From positions 555,282 through 619,281 of the forward strand of contig JAHFKK010000001.1 in assembly GCA_023245335.1 (NCBI GenBank): a stretch of DNA of 64,000 nucleotides, written 5' to 3'. This DNA comes from Candidatus Gottesmanbacteria bacterium. GTDB lineage: Bacteria > Patescibacteriota > Microgenomatia > UBA10105 > UBA927. Below, one piece after another: positions 1 to 9,739 of this stretch. Positions within the stretch are counted from its first letter, which is position 1. Every line of letters starts with the position of its first letter. The notes below the pieces were generated by a model, which was not told the DNA's origin, ran no database searches, and was given only the letters and a program-made list of their open reading frames with translations. A program made the translations under genes and the position numbers.

Positions 1-28
1 AGTCATACGGAAAATCAGGAAGTGGACG

Positions 29-235
29 ATGCGTATAGATCGCGATTTGTGTATCGGCGCGGCGACGTGTGTGGCACTCGCTCCCAAAGCTTGGGCGCTG
101 GATGATGAGGCTAAAGCGATCATTTTAGATACGAGTGAAGAAGAGACCGATGAGATGCTTTTGGAGGCTGCCAAATCATGTCCCGTCATGGCAATTTTTA
201 TTACCGATGAAACCGGTAAACAATTATACCCCTGA
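29..235 (+). CDS. Ferredoxin, probably [3Fe-4S] type; reading frame is open to the window edge, so the start may lie further upstream
   Basis: CIGAATC...SCP motif (CxxAxxC...CP); sits directly upstream of the oxoacid:ferredoxin oxidoreductase genes. Confidence 0.85.
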   Translation: MRIDRDLCIGAATCVALAPKAWALDDEAKAIILDTSEEETDEMLLEAAKSCPVMAIFITDETGKQLYP

Positions 236-253
236 TTTTATTTGCTCTGTCGG

Positions 254-283
254 AATGCTCCGTGTTTTAAACACGGAGATGAA
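254..283. repeat. IS200/IS605-end-like hairpin (non-autonomous remnant)
   Basis: CTCCGTGTTT-T-AAACACGGAG perfect inverted repeat (258-278) framed by AATG and ATGAA; the resemblance to IS200/605 subterminal hairpins is from memory. Confidence 0.4.
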
Positions 284-332
284 CGATAGCCTGGAGCGCT
301 AGCGGAGGAGCAGTTTATTTTGCTTTGCATGA

Positions 333-361
333 TTGCCCAGTGCCACTCGACAATCTACAAT
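333..361 (+). promoter_or_regulatory. sigma70-type promoter for the oxidoreductase operon
   Basis: TTGCCC-17 bp-TACAAT. Confidence 0.55.
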
Positions 362-376
362 AGATAGCAACTAAGT

Positions 377-2119
377 ATGAAAGATAACATCACGTGGAAA
401 ATAGCGGGAGAAGCGGGGTTTGGTATCATGTCTTCCGGTATCATGCTTGCCCGCGCATTTACCCGGGCCGGCTATCACGTATTCGCAGAAAACGACTATC
501 CATCCCTCATTCGGGGCGGACACAATATCGTTTCCGTCCGGATCGGTGCCAAACCGTTTTTGGGTATGAATCGCGATCTCCATATGTTGGTCGCGCTCAA
601 CACCGAGTCCGTCGAGAAACATAGAAACGAATTACGCGAGGGTACGTTAGTCCTTTATGATCCGAGAGACAAAGACTGGAAGGCGAGTGAATTGCCGGCG
701 GGAGTCAAGCTCATGCCGTTGCCGCTTCGGGATATAGTTACCCAACTGAATGCTGACGTCATTATGCGAAATACGATCGCGCTCGGCGCGAGCGTCGCAC
801 TACTGGGAGCTCCTTTTGAGCATTTGTCATCCGTTATCCGTGATCAGTTTATTCGGAAAGGTGCGGAGGTCGTCGATCAGAATATAAAAATAGCCCAGGC
901 GGGATTCGATTACGTCCATGAGCATTTTTCCGGTGAAACGTCAGTGGTACTTTCCCCGGGGACGTATACGGAAAAGCTCGTGGTCGTCAACGGAAGCGAA
1001 GCGGTGGGTTTAGGTGCGGTACGAGCCGGACTCAAATTTGCCGCCATATATCCCATGACGCCGATTAATGCCCTTATCACATTTCTGGCGGATCACGCCA
1101 AAGAGTTTAATATCGTTTACAAACAGCCGGAAGATGAAATTTCCGGCATCAATATGGCAATCGGCGCATCCATTTCCGGCGTTCGGAGTATGGTAGCAAC
1201 ATCCGGCGGAGGCTTTGCACTTCAGGTTGAAGGATTGTCGCTTGCCGGCATGGTGGAAGCACCTATTGTCATAGATCTTGGTATGCGGGCAGGTCCCGCG
1301 ACCGGTATGCCCACCTATACCGAGCAGGGTGAACTCCTGTTTGCGATTCACGCAGGTCACGGGGAATTTCCGAGGATTGTGCTTGCTCCGGCCGACGCAG
1401 TTGAGGCATACGCATTCACGACGCTTGCGTTTAACCTCGCCGATAGGTATCAGATCCCTGTATTTCTTCTCACGGACAAGTATCTTAACGAAAGCCAATG
1501 GTGCATTCCGGTTTCATTTCTCCAAAAGCCGGTCACTATCGACCGCGGGAAACTCCTGACCGGAGATACCGGGATGAAAGACGGGGAATTCCATCGATTT
1601 GACACAGAATCTGTCGACGGCGTATCGCCGAGGAGCGTTCCGGGGACCAAGCACGGACAGTATTATGCGAACTCGTATGAGCACGATGGAACAGGCCACG
1701 TGGCAGATGACGCAAAAGGCCGAAAAGCGATGGCAGATAAGCGTTTACGGAAGATGGCAGCGATCGTAAAAGATATTTTGCCGCCGACACAAATCGGGGA
1801 CAAAGACCCCGACATAACGTTTGTTACGTGGGGGACGACCCGCGGTCCGGTGTTGTCAGCAATGGATCTTCTGCGCGCCCAAGGCAAAAAAGTATCAGTT
1901 ATTTCATTCCCTTGGGTATTTCCGTTTCCCGCAGCTGAAGCAAAAGAATTATTGACGAAAGCGAAACGGGTTATCGACGTGGAACAGAATGCGACCGCAC
2001 AACTATCTCAACTTATCCGTACGGAAACCGGGATAGACATACAAGAACGTATCGTCAAATATGACGGAAGGTCGTTCCTGCCAGAAGAAATAGCCGAACA
2101 GGCAATGAAAGGGACATAA
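377..2119 (+). CDS. korA: 2-oxoacid:ferredoxin oxidoreductase alpha subunit (gamma-alpha fusion)
   Basis: GEAGFG, YPSLIRGGH, YPMTP, EDEI and ATSGGGF motifs. Confidence 0.92.
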   Translation: MKDNITWKIAGEAGFGIMSSGIMLARAFTRAGYHVFAENDYPSLIRGGHNIVSVRIGAKPFLGMNRDLHMLVALNTESVEKHRNELREGTLVLYDPRDKDWKASELPAGVKLMPLPLRDIVTQLNADVIMRNTIALGASVALLGAPFEHLSSVIRDQFIRKGAEVVDQNIKIAQAGFDYVHEHFSGETSVVLSPGTYTEKLVVVNGSEAVGLGAVRAGLKFAAIYPMTPINALITFLADHAKEFNIVYKQPEDEISGINMAIGASISGVRSMVATSGGGFALQVEGLSLAGMVEAPIVIDLGMRAGPATGMPTYTEQGELLFAIHAGHGEFPRIVLAPADAVEAYAFTTLAFNLADRYQIPVFLLTDKYLNESQWCIPVSFLQKPVTIDRGKLLTGDTGMKDGEFHRFDTESVDGVSPRSVPGTKHGQYYANSYEHDGTGHVADDAKGRKAMADKRLRKMAAIVKDILPPTQIGDKDPDITFVTWGTTRGPVLSAMDLLRAQGKKVSVISFPWVFPFPAAEAKELLTKAKRVIDVEQNATAQLSQLIRTETGIDIQERIVKYDGRSFLPEEIAEQAMKGT

Positions 2120-2120
2120 T

Positions 2121-2984
2121 ATGGCGACATTGACCGCGGAAGGATACAATACGGGATTTTTACCGACGTGGTGTCCGGGATGCGGAGACTTCGGTATCTG
2201 GAAATCACTTCAGGGCGCATTTGCCAAGCTCGGCATTGGCCCGGATGACGGACTTGTCGTTTACGGCATAGGATGTCATGGCAACATGTACGACTGGATG
2301 AAAATGTACGGATTTGTCGGTCTTCATGGGAGAGCGCTCCCCGTCGCGCAAGGCGCGAAACTCGCAAACCACACCCTTCCGGTCGTTGTAGTATCGGGGG
2401 ACGGGGACTGCCTTGGTGAAGGAGGGAATCACTTTATCCACGCTGCGAAACGTAATCCGGATCTTACCGTCATTATCCACGACAATGAGGTGTATGGTTT
2501 GACGACCGGTCAGGCGTCTCCGACCGCGAAGATCGGATTCAAGACCAAGTCGACGCCGGAAGGGGCGACGGACGAACCCATCAATCCGTTGGCTCTTGCC
2601 CTTGTGTCAGGGGCGACATTTGTCGCACGTGGCTTTGCCGGCGACATGCCGGGTCTCACCGAGCTTATGGCGGCTGCCATTAGTCACAAAGGTTTTGCAG
2701 TACTCGATGTGTTACAGCCGTGCGTCACGTTTGATAAAGTACATACCTATCAATGGTACCGTCAGCGCCTTTATAAGCTGACGCAGGAATCGTATCAGCC
2801 GACCGATAGGCTGAAGGCACTGGAGAAAGCGATGGAGTGGGGCGACAAAATACCCCTAGGGATATTGTATAAGGAAGACAAGTTGACGAGTGAAGACCGC
2901 GAGCCGGCACTTACTTCGGCGCCGCTTTCGAGCTTACCTTTGGAGCCGGCCCATTGGGACGAGCTTCTGAATGAGTTTATCTAA
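2121..2984 (+). CDS. korB: 2-oxoacid:ferredoxin oxidoreductase beta subunit (TPP-binding)
   Basis: WCPGCG, GIGC, LHGRALP, GDGD and YGLTTGQASPT motifs. Confidence 0.93.
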   Translation: MATLTAEGYNTGFLPTWCPGCGDFGIWKSLQGAFAKLGIGPDDGLVVYGIGCHGNMYDWMKMYGFVGLHGRALPVAQGAKLANHTLPVVVVSGDGDCLGEGGNHFIHAAKRNPDLTVIIHDNEVYGLTTGQASPTAKIGFKTKSTPEGATDEPINPLALALVSGATFVARGFAGDMPGLTELMAAAISHKGFAVLDVLQPCVTFDKVHTYQWYRQRLYKLTQESYQPTDRLKALEKAMEWGDKIPLGILYKEDKLTSEDREPALTSAPLSSLPLEPAHWDELLNEFI

Positions 2985-3000
2985 AGCGTAAAATACTCTA

Positions 3001-3038
3001 TTGACAAAGCCTTAGCACTTGATATACTAGAGTGCTAA
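3001..3038 (+). promoter_or_regulatory. sigma70 promoter overlapped by a CIRCE operator (HrcA site) upstream of lon
   Basis: TTGACA at 3001-3006 and TATACT at 3023-3028; TTAGCACTT-N9-GAGTGCTAA at 3012-3038, one mismatch to the CIRCE consensus TTAGCACTC-N9-GAGTGCTAA. Confidence 0.9.
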
Positions 3039-3080
3039 ATCATGATACTAGTTCCTGTGTAGAGTGGGAATTATGACACT

Positions 3081-5510
3081 ATGAGTACATCACTTGATAA
3101 TCCGAATCAAATGCTTCCCGTCGTCCCGATACGGGACGGTATTGTATTTCCCGGCACCGAGATGATTCTTACCTTCGGCCGGCAGCGATCAGTAAGCGCC
3201 ATAGAGGCAGCTCAAACATCAGGGAAGCGCGTCGTCCTGGTCATGCAGAGAAACGCCAATATCAATGATCCGACTCCGAGCGACTTGTATCAGATCGGCA
3301 CTGTGGGGGAAATAGTCCAGATGATGCGGAATGAAGGCGAAATTAATGCGCTCGTCCGCGGAATTTCCAAAGTTGAACTCGTATCCTATGAAGCGGTCGA
3401 GCCGTTTTTCGTCGCGCGCGTCGCGGAGCTTGCGGATGTGATAGAAGATGATGAAGAGACCAAAGCATTGTTTAACCATCTCACCAACGAACTCCGTCAG
3501 GCGGTGAAACTGGGGAAAACCATGGACTTTCTGACGTTTATGAACATCATGTCCGGCATGTCACCCCAGATGCTGTCATTTCAACTCGCAGGAGTCTTGG
3601 ATACCAAACCCAGTGAACGCCAGGAACTTCTCGAACTTTCGTCAGTCAAAGCGAGATTTGAAAAAGAAGCAGCCTACCTTGCCAAAGAAGTAAAAGTGTT
3701 GGAGCTTGAGCGTAAAATCGCAACCAAAACGCAGGAAAAATTTGAAAAAAACGTCAAGGAACAAGTGTTACGGGAACGCATCAAAACTATAGAAAAAGAA
3801 TTAGGGGAAGATGACGAAAACAAGGAAATCAAGGAGCTTGCCGAAAAAATCAAAAAAGCGGGTATGCCCGAAGAGGTCCGGCTGAAGTCGGAGAAAGAAC
3901 TGCATCGGCTCGCGCAGATGTCCCAATACAATCCGGAATCTTCCTATGTCCGTACGTATTTGGATTGGCTGGTGGAGCTGCCGTGGGCGACGGCGAGTGC
4001 CAACAATGTCAACATAGCTGATGCTGAAAAGGTATTGAACGAGGATCACTACGGGCTCACGAAAATCAAAGAACGCATCATGGAATTTTTGGCGGTCATG
4101 AAGCTTAAAGGTCATAGTGATGAAGAAACGGCGGCCGCTCTCGAAAAAGAAACCAAGAAATCCGATGACGCCAAATCGACAAAGAAAATCGTTAAGTCGG
4201 GAGCCCCTACTATTTTGTGTTTTGTCGGCCCGCCGGGAGTCGGAAAGACGTCTATCGGTAAATCTATCGCGCGATCCCTCGGCCGCAAGTTTGTAAAGAT
4301 GTCTTTAGGCGGCATACGGGATGAGGCGGAGATACGCGGACACCGGCGGACCTATGTCGGTGCTATGCCCGGACGCATCATCCAGGGTATCAAGCAGGCA
4401 GGAACGAAGAATCCGGTATTTATGCTCGATGAAATCGACAAAGTCGGTGCGGATTTCCGTGGTGATCCGTCGGCTGCACTTCTTGAAGCTCTCGACCCGG
4501 AACAAAATTACGCATTTTCCGACCACTATATGGAAGTGCCGTTTGATCTATCACAGGTATTTTTTATCACGACGTGCAACGTTTTGGACACCATACCGCC
4601 GGCTCTCCGGGATCGGCTTGAGATCATCCGGTTTGCCGGGTACACCGAAGATGAAAAGTTTCATATCGCACGAGATTTCCTGTTTGAAAAACAGCGAGTA
4701 ATCCATGGCATACCGACTGATGCAGTGAAACTATCCGATAGTGCGATCCGTGAGATTATCCGCCAATACACAAGAGAAGCGGGTGTGCGGAGTCTTGAGC
4801 GCGAGATAGCAACTATATTCAGGAAAGTCGCCAAAAAAATCGCAGAGGTCGATGTCAAAACGAAGCAATCATTTGTCATCGGACCCAAAGAGCTCGCGAA
4901 ATATGTCGGCCCTTCCCGATTCAGTTCGTATCTTGCAGAGAAAAAGGATGAGGTCGGTATGTCGACAGGACTAGCCTGGACGGAAGCCGGCGGGGACATA
5001 TTATTCATCGAAGTGGCGCTCATGCCCGGTCGCGGAAATCTCATTCTCACCGGACAACTCGGGGATGTGATGAAAGAATCCGCACAAGCCGCGCTTTCCT
5101 ACGTCCGTAGCCGCTGGAAAGCATTAGGACTGCCGGAAAAGTTTTTCCAAAAAATGGATATCCATGTGCACGTGCCGGAGGGAGCAGTGCCCAAAGATGG
5201 CCCATCCGCAGGAGCAGCCATAGGAACGGCGCTTGTCTCGGCTCTCACGAAGAAACCCACCAAACGCACTGTTGCGATGACGGGAGAGATTACCTTACGC
5301 GGTCGGGTTCTTGAGATAGGCGGAATAAAAGAGAAAGTTATCGCGGCGCACCGGGCAGGGATCAAGACGGTGATCATGCCAAAAAATAATCAGAAAGACC
5401 TGGAGGATATACCGAAGGCTGTCATGACAGACGTCAAATTTTACTTTGTAGAACACATGGACGACGTCCTTAAGGTAGCTATCCCGACCCTTCGGTTCCG
5501 CTCCAAGTAA
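3081..5510 (+). CDS. lon: ATP-dependent Lon protease (LonA)
   Basis: Lon N-domain, GPPGVGKT Walker [22 protein letters not shown] catalytic Ser, GGIKEK. Confidence 0.97.
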   Translation: MSTSLDNPNQMLPVVPIRDGIVFPGTEMILTFGRQRSVSAIEAAQTSGKRVVLVMQRNANINDPTPSDLYQIGTVGEIVQMMRNEGEINALVRGISKVELVSYEAVEPFFVARVAELADVIEDDEETKALFNHLTNELRQAVKLGKTMDFLTFMNIMSGMSPQMLSFQLAGVLDTKPSERQELLELSSVKARFEKEAAYLAKEVKVLELERKIATKTQEKFEKNVKEQVLRERIKTIEKELGEDDENKEIKELAEKIKKAGMPEEVRLKSEKELHRLAQMSQYNPESSYVRTYLDWLVELPWATASANNVNIADAEKVLNEDHYGLTKIKERIMEFLAVMKLKGHSDEETAAALEKETKKSDDAKSTKKIVKSGAPTILCFVGPPGVGKTSIGKSIARSLGRKFVKMSLGGIRDEAEIRGHRRTYVGAMPGRIIQGIKQAGTKNPVFMLDEIDKVGADFRGDPSAALLEALDPEQNYAFSDHYMEVPFDLSQVFFITTCNVLDTIPPALRDRLEIIRFAGYTEDEKFHIARDFLFEKQRVIHGIPTDAVKLSDSAIREIIRQYTREAGVRSLEREIATIFRKVAKKIAEVDVKTKQSFVIGPKELAKYVGPSRFSSYLAEKKDEVGMSTGLAWTEAGGDILFIEVALMPGRGNLILTGQLGDVMKESAQAALSYVRSRWKALGLPEKFFQKMDIHVHVPEGAVPKDGPSAGAAIGTALVSALTKKPTKRTVAMTGEITLRGRVLEIGGIKEKVIAAHRAGIKTVIMPKNNQKDLEDIPKAVMTDVKFYFVEHMDDVLKVAIPTLRFRSK

Positions 5511-5520
5511 GAAGACGCAT

Positions 5521-6453
5521 TTACGATTGCATGTAATCGTAGACCACCCGGGATATTTTTGCGATCAGCGTTTCTGATGCTGTGTCATCCGTCTCATCGT
5601 TGGTGAATACCCCGATGTAGTAGGTATGTTTGCCGTTGGTGACGATACCGACGTCATGAATTTTTCCCATCTCCGTACCTACTTTATGGTACACCGTGAC
5701 GCCCGTTGGGAGCTTGGCCGGAAGCCTGGTTTCTAAATCGGTATCTTTCAGGAACGAAAGCATTTCCAACGTCGCTGCCTGATTGGCAATTTTCCCTTCG
5801 TAGAGTTTGCGGAACAATATGGCCATATCTTTATTTGATGTTATATTATTTACCATATCGGTTTGCGTCAGCCCCCAACCCTTCGCGAGATTCTCAACGA
5901 CATCAATTCCTATGATTTCATTAGCGAGGATATACGCCGCCGTATTGTCGCTTTGTTTGATCATGAGCCTAGCAAGTGTTTTGACCGAGTATGTAGTTCC
6001 GGGTTCGTCATATCGCATCGACCCGGTGCCGTAATCTTGAATCTCATCCTGTTGGAGTGTGATGACTTTATTCATATCGAGCGTTCCGCCTTGGCTTTGG
6101 TAGTAGAGCGCGGCAAGTATCGGCACCTTGTTGACGGAGGCAGCGGTAAACGTTTCCGTTTCAGAGAGTCCCATGACGAAATCGGAATCATAATCCTCAA
6201 CATAGACTGAGTAGTCGCTCCAGGCACCATTTATCGTGTTATTGACCTTATCCGCCAGATCATCCGGATATTTTTTCTTTTGGAAGAATCCGAGGAGCGA
6301 TGGCTTCGAAACTTTTGTTTCCGGTACCGGAGAAATGACGGGCGCCCGTCTGTGATTCGCGTAGGCGTGCCATCCAAGGCCGATTGCGACAATGAGAATC
6401 AACAAAACAATCAGTCTTCCCATCCGTTTACGCCTGTCACCGCGGTCTATCAT
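5521..6453 (-). CDS. Membrane-anchored class A beta-lactamase-like serine hydrolase / PBP
   Basis: N-terminal TM helix; SxxK (ASVNK), SDN and HKVG motifs. Confidence 0.85.
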   Translation of the reverse strand: MIDRGDRRKRMGRLIVLLILIVAIGLGWHAYANHRRAPVISPVPETKVSKPSLLGFFQKKKYPDDLADKVNNTINGAWSDYSVYVEDYDSDFVMGLSETETFTAASVNKVPILAALYYQSQGGTLDMNKVITLQQDEIQDYGTGSMRYDEPGTTYSVKTLARLMIKQSDNTAAYILANEIIGIDVVENLAKGWGLTQTDMVNNITSNKDMAILFRKLYEGKIANQAATLEMLSFLKDTDLETRLPAKLPTGVTVYHKVGTEMGKIHDVGIVTNGKHTYYIGVFTNDETDDTASETLIAKISRVVYDYMQS

Positions 6454-6528
6454 GCAAGAATTGTACCATACGTTTTGTGATTTACAGCTGAATGAAACGA
6501 TCGTCCGTATTTAGTATAGAATAGATGT

Positions 6529-6870
6529 ATGGAGCCTATGTGTCCCGTATGCCATGTTGCCGTACGTCCGGCCGATTTTTTTTGCTATAACTGCGGTAAG
6601 AATCTTCATGAAAAACCCCTCGTTACGACAAAGTTCACGGAATATCTCTATTATGCGGGGAGTTTCCTCCTGCCGCCCCTGGGTTTGTGGTGGGGATTCA
6701 GATATTTGAAACAAGCAGATGCTCGGTCACGGATGATCGGCTGGATCTGCGTCATTCTCACCATCGTTTCTTCCGTCGTCGTTACCGTTTGGTCCGTGCA
6801 CTTGTTTCAGGGAATTACTGCCCAGGTAAACGAGCAATTGCAGGGGGTAGGGGGAGCAGGAGGGTTTTAA
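6529..6870 (+). CDS. Zinc-ribbon membrane protein
   Basis: CPVC...CYNC followed by two hydrophobic helices; TAGAAT 6 nt before the ATG. Confidence 0.75.
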   Translation: MEPMCPVCHVAVRPADFFCYNCGKNLHEKPLVTTKFTEYLYYAGSFLLPPLGLWWGFRYLKQADARSRMIGWICVILTIVSSVVVTVWSVHLFQGITAQVNEQLQGVGGAGGF

Positions 6871-6992
6871 GCGTGTTTCGTTTGTCGTCAGACGAATGCA
6901 ACTGGTAAATTGAGGCCGGATGCGGTATACTTAGAGTCATTAATAGACAACCTCACCATATCAATCTTCCTCCTACAAATCAACGAGAAATA

Positions 6993-7280
6993 GTGCTGGA
7001 CATGGCTGGCAATCTCAAGCAAATCGGTGATTGGACACTCAAAGGGTTTCATGAGAGGCAGGAGAATATCGCGCTTTTCCTCAAATTGACCCGTAAAGAC
7101 CTGAATCAACTCCTGCGGTTTCCGTTGCCTCGGGCGTTTGAGCCGAAGTTCAAAAAATTCTGTACGACGTACGGGAAATTGGAAGAAGAGTATAAGAAAG
7201 GCATCGTGGATCACAGGGTGTGGGCGAGTAGTATGCAGTCCTGCGCTCAGGACCTCACCAGAGAAGCTCCATTGGTGTAG
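6993..7280 (+). CDS. Hypothetical protein (start uncertain; frame open back to about 6909)
   Basis: ORF fills the intergenic gap; candidate promoter TTGAGG/TATACT at 6910-6931. Confidence 0.5.
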   Translation: MLDMAGNLKQIGDWTLKGFHERQENIALFLKLTRKDLNQLLRFPLPRAFEPKFKKFCTTYGKLEEEYKKGIVDHRVWASSMQSCAQDLTREAPLV

Positions 7281-7295
7281 ATATCCTCTAGTAAT

Positions 7296-7485
7296 TTGCT
7301 ATCCGGAAGCCGTTCTGTTATACTCTTTTTAGTGCATGTGTATTGAAACAATACATCTGCTTATTTAGGATCATGTTGAGAAGTGTTTGAGAAAAAACGC
7401 CCCAAGTTAATTCTTTCTATTTGCGTCTTTTCCCCTTTTCAGTTTTTCACTCATAAGCAGTTTTATTGTTTCAATTTGTATTCCT
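7296..7485 (+). promoter_or_regulatory. Promoter plus about 155-nt structured 5' UTR of the DEAD-box helicase gene
   Basis: TTGCTA-17 bp-TATACT with extended -10 TG; long-range complementarity 7342-7353/7464-7475 and 7357-7364/7453-7460. Confidence 0.65.
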
Positions 7486-8670
7486 ATGTATCAGCAACAC
7501 CAACGATCATTTAAAAAGCGCGGACAATCGGTCCGTCCGATCAAATCGATGTCCAAGAACGAACTTTTGGCAGCGGTTGCCCGGAGTCATGAGACGACGA
7601 CTGTCGCACTACAGAACGAACCGGTGGCCGTGATTCATGCGTTTGCCGACTTTTTGCTGGACCCGCAACTCATGGATAACATTCGGTCAAAGGGGTTTAC
7701 TACGCCGACGCCCATCCAGGATGAGACAATACCGGCCATCCTTGCCGGACACGATGTGATCGGAACCGCAAATACGGGAACTGGCAAAACAGCAGCATTC
7801 CTCATACCGTTGCTCCAAAAGGTGGCCCATGATCGGAATCAGCGTATCCTCGTCATCGCACCGACGCGTGAACTTGCCGTACAGATACATAACGAGTTCC
7901 GTGATTTCGCACGTGGTTTATCACTACGGAGCGCCATGCTTATAGGAGGCGCGAATGAGTGGCGGCAGCGGCAGGATCTTCGGGCTGACCCGCATATGGT
8001 GGTTGCTACCCCGGGGAGGCTTAAGGATTTCATTCAGGCACGGTACGTCCGGCTCTCGGGATTTCGTAACGTCGTACTGGATGAAGCGGATCGCATGGTG
8101 GACATCGGGTTTATCAATGACATCAAATACTTCATTTCGTTGCTCCCGAAAGAACGTCAGTCCCTGTTTTTCTCTGCGACGATATCAGGTAAGGTCAGTG
8201 AGATACTCACGGATTTCGTCACCAACCCCGTCCGCATATCAGTGAAAACGGTAGATATCGCAGCGACGATACGTCAGGAAGTTGTTCATGTACCCCATAA
8301 GGAGGATAAGGTAGATATCCTTCACGACCTTCTCATTCAAAAGGAATATGAAAAAGTACTTATTTTTGGGCGTACCAAATGGGGGGTCCAGCGCTTGTCA
8401 GACGAACTTGAGAAGCGAGGATTTCGATCAGGAGCAATACACGGCAATAAACGCCAGAATCAGCGCCAACAGGTGTTACAGCAGTTTATACGCAGTGATA
8501 TCCAGATACTTCTGGCAACCGATGTCGCAAGCCGGGGCCTGGATATACCAGACGTCTCCCACGTTATTAACTATGACTTACCGGAAACACTTGATGACTA
8601 TATTCACCGCATTGGACGCACCGGGCGGGCCAATAAACGCGGGATAGCGCTTACGTTTGTTGAGGGATAA
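7486..8670 (+). CDS. DEAD-box RNA helicase (RhlE/CshA-like)
   Basis: Q motif PTPIQ, TGTGKT, PTRELA, TPGRL, DEAD, SAT and HRIGRTGR motifs. Confidence 0.95.
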   Translation: MYQQHQRSFKKRGQSVRPIKSMSKNELLAAVARSHETTTVALQNEPVAVIHAFADFLLDPQLMDNIRSKGFTTPTPIQDETIPAILAGHDVIGTANTGTGKTAAFLIPLLQKVAHDRNQRILVIAPTRELAVQIHNEFRDFARGLSLRSAMLIGGANEWRQRQDLRADPHMVVATPGRLKDFIQARYVRLSGFRNVVLDEADRMVDIGFINDIKYFISLLPKERQSLFFSATISGKVSEILTDFVTNPVRISVKTVDIAATIRQEVVHVPHKEDKVDILHDLLIQKEYEKVLIFGRTKWGVQRLSDELEKRGFRSGAIHGNKRQNQRQQVLQQFIRSDIQILLATDVASRGLDIPDVSHVINYDLPETLDDYIHRIGRTGRANKRGIALTFVEG

Positions 8671-8682
8671 ACTAAAATATTC

Positions 8683-9543
8683 TTAATGCTCGTGAGTAAA
8701 TTTCACTACGCTGATATCGAACCACGTACGCCCTATATTTTTCTTTAATAACTGTCCGTGCATCGGAGCTTTCCCTATAATGTCTGTGGTCCACTCCCAA
8801 GGCATCAGATAATAGGCAGTACCTCTCGGTTTTAAGATCCGTCGTACTTCATGCAAACTCCCCATCATTAAACCCATAGGATCTGCAACCTTTGTCAGTA
8901 CTCCGAACGGAGGATCTGCAATGACGGTGTCAATGGAGCCATTATCAAGCGGAATTCTGGAACCGTCGGCCGCCAAATATTCCGGTATCGGATTATATAT
9001 GCCTGGCCTGTCATGATAATATGGGTTATTTCTATTGAGTAATTCAATAAATCGGATTTGCCATGTCGAAGCTTCAAGGTGAGGATATATCCTGTACGGG
9101 GGCCAAATGGGGTTATATGCGTTATCCAACATCAGCATCTGTTTAGGAAAAACATCTCCGCTTAAACCACCAGTGGCCACCGAAAATCCTACCGCTCCGT
9201 GACCTGAGAAGAGGTCCAATACTTTTTTCCCTTCTATTTCCTCTCTGGGGATTCTACTCAAATATCTTTTCAGCACATAATATGGCATTGCATGATGCTC
9301 GATGTCGCGATTTAATTTCTCGCTTCCTTTTGTTTGTGGACCATACCATAACACTTCCCGGTTTTTTACAATAAGTGGTATCAATAGTTGTCTTTTCCTT
9401 CGTATCAAGGCGTCTGTATGTCCTATCATTTGATTCGCCCCGGAAAGAATCTCGTATCTGGCAATGTCAAAGCTACGTTCGACCTTTGAATGGGCTTTTA
9501 GGAGTGAATATTCTATGGGGCTTCTTTTATGTATTTCTACCAT
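8683..9543 (-). CDS. Class I SAM-dependent amino-methyltransferase-like protein (TRM11/N6-type motifs); AT-rich orphan-like gene
   Basis: VLDLFSGHG motif I, IADPPFG motif IV, RRILKPRG. Confidence 0.7.
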   Translation of the reverse strand: MVEIHKRSPIEYSLLKAHSKVERSFDIARYEILSGANQMIGHTDALIRRKRQLLIPLIVKNREVLWYGPQTKGSEKLNRDIEHHAMPYYVLKRYLSRIPREEIEGKKVLDLFSGHGAVGFSVATGGLSGDVFPKQMLMLDNAYNPIWPPYRIYPHLEASTWQIRFIELLNRNNPYYHDRPGIYNPIPEYLAADGSRIPLDNGSIDTVIADPPFGVLTKVADPMGLMMGSLHEVRRILKPRGTAYYLMPWEWTTDIIGKAPMHGQLLKKNIGRTWFDISVVKFTHEH

Positions 9544-9678
9544 GTGCGTGGAAATTATCACATATTATGTCAAAAGACAATTATAGGCTGGAACATATTT
9601 GTGAGATGGAAAAGAAGTAGTGTATATATATCGCGACATTGGACCGTTAGGTCGGGGAGTAGACGTCATCTTTTAATC

Positions 9679-9708
9679 AAAAAAGCCCCGCGTGTGCGGG
9701 GCTTTTTT
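9679..9708. terminator. Bidirectional intrinsic terminator downstream of csp
   Basis: A6-GCCCCGC-GTGT-GCGGGGC-T6. Confidence 0.85.
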
Positions 9709-9739
9709 GTGTTTATATAACAAGAGTCAAACTCAAGCG

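Noticed and set aside
5521-6453. Bona fide antibiotic-resistance beta-lactamase
   Set aside because: Membrane anchor and no clear omega-loop ExxLN motif; more consistent with a PBP-like serine hydrolase.
9549-9576. dif-like site (TTATGTCAAA resembles a XerD arm)
   Set aside because: No matching XerC arm ending in ATAA at the 6-bp spacing; better explained as the promoter region of the methyltransferase gene.
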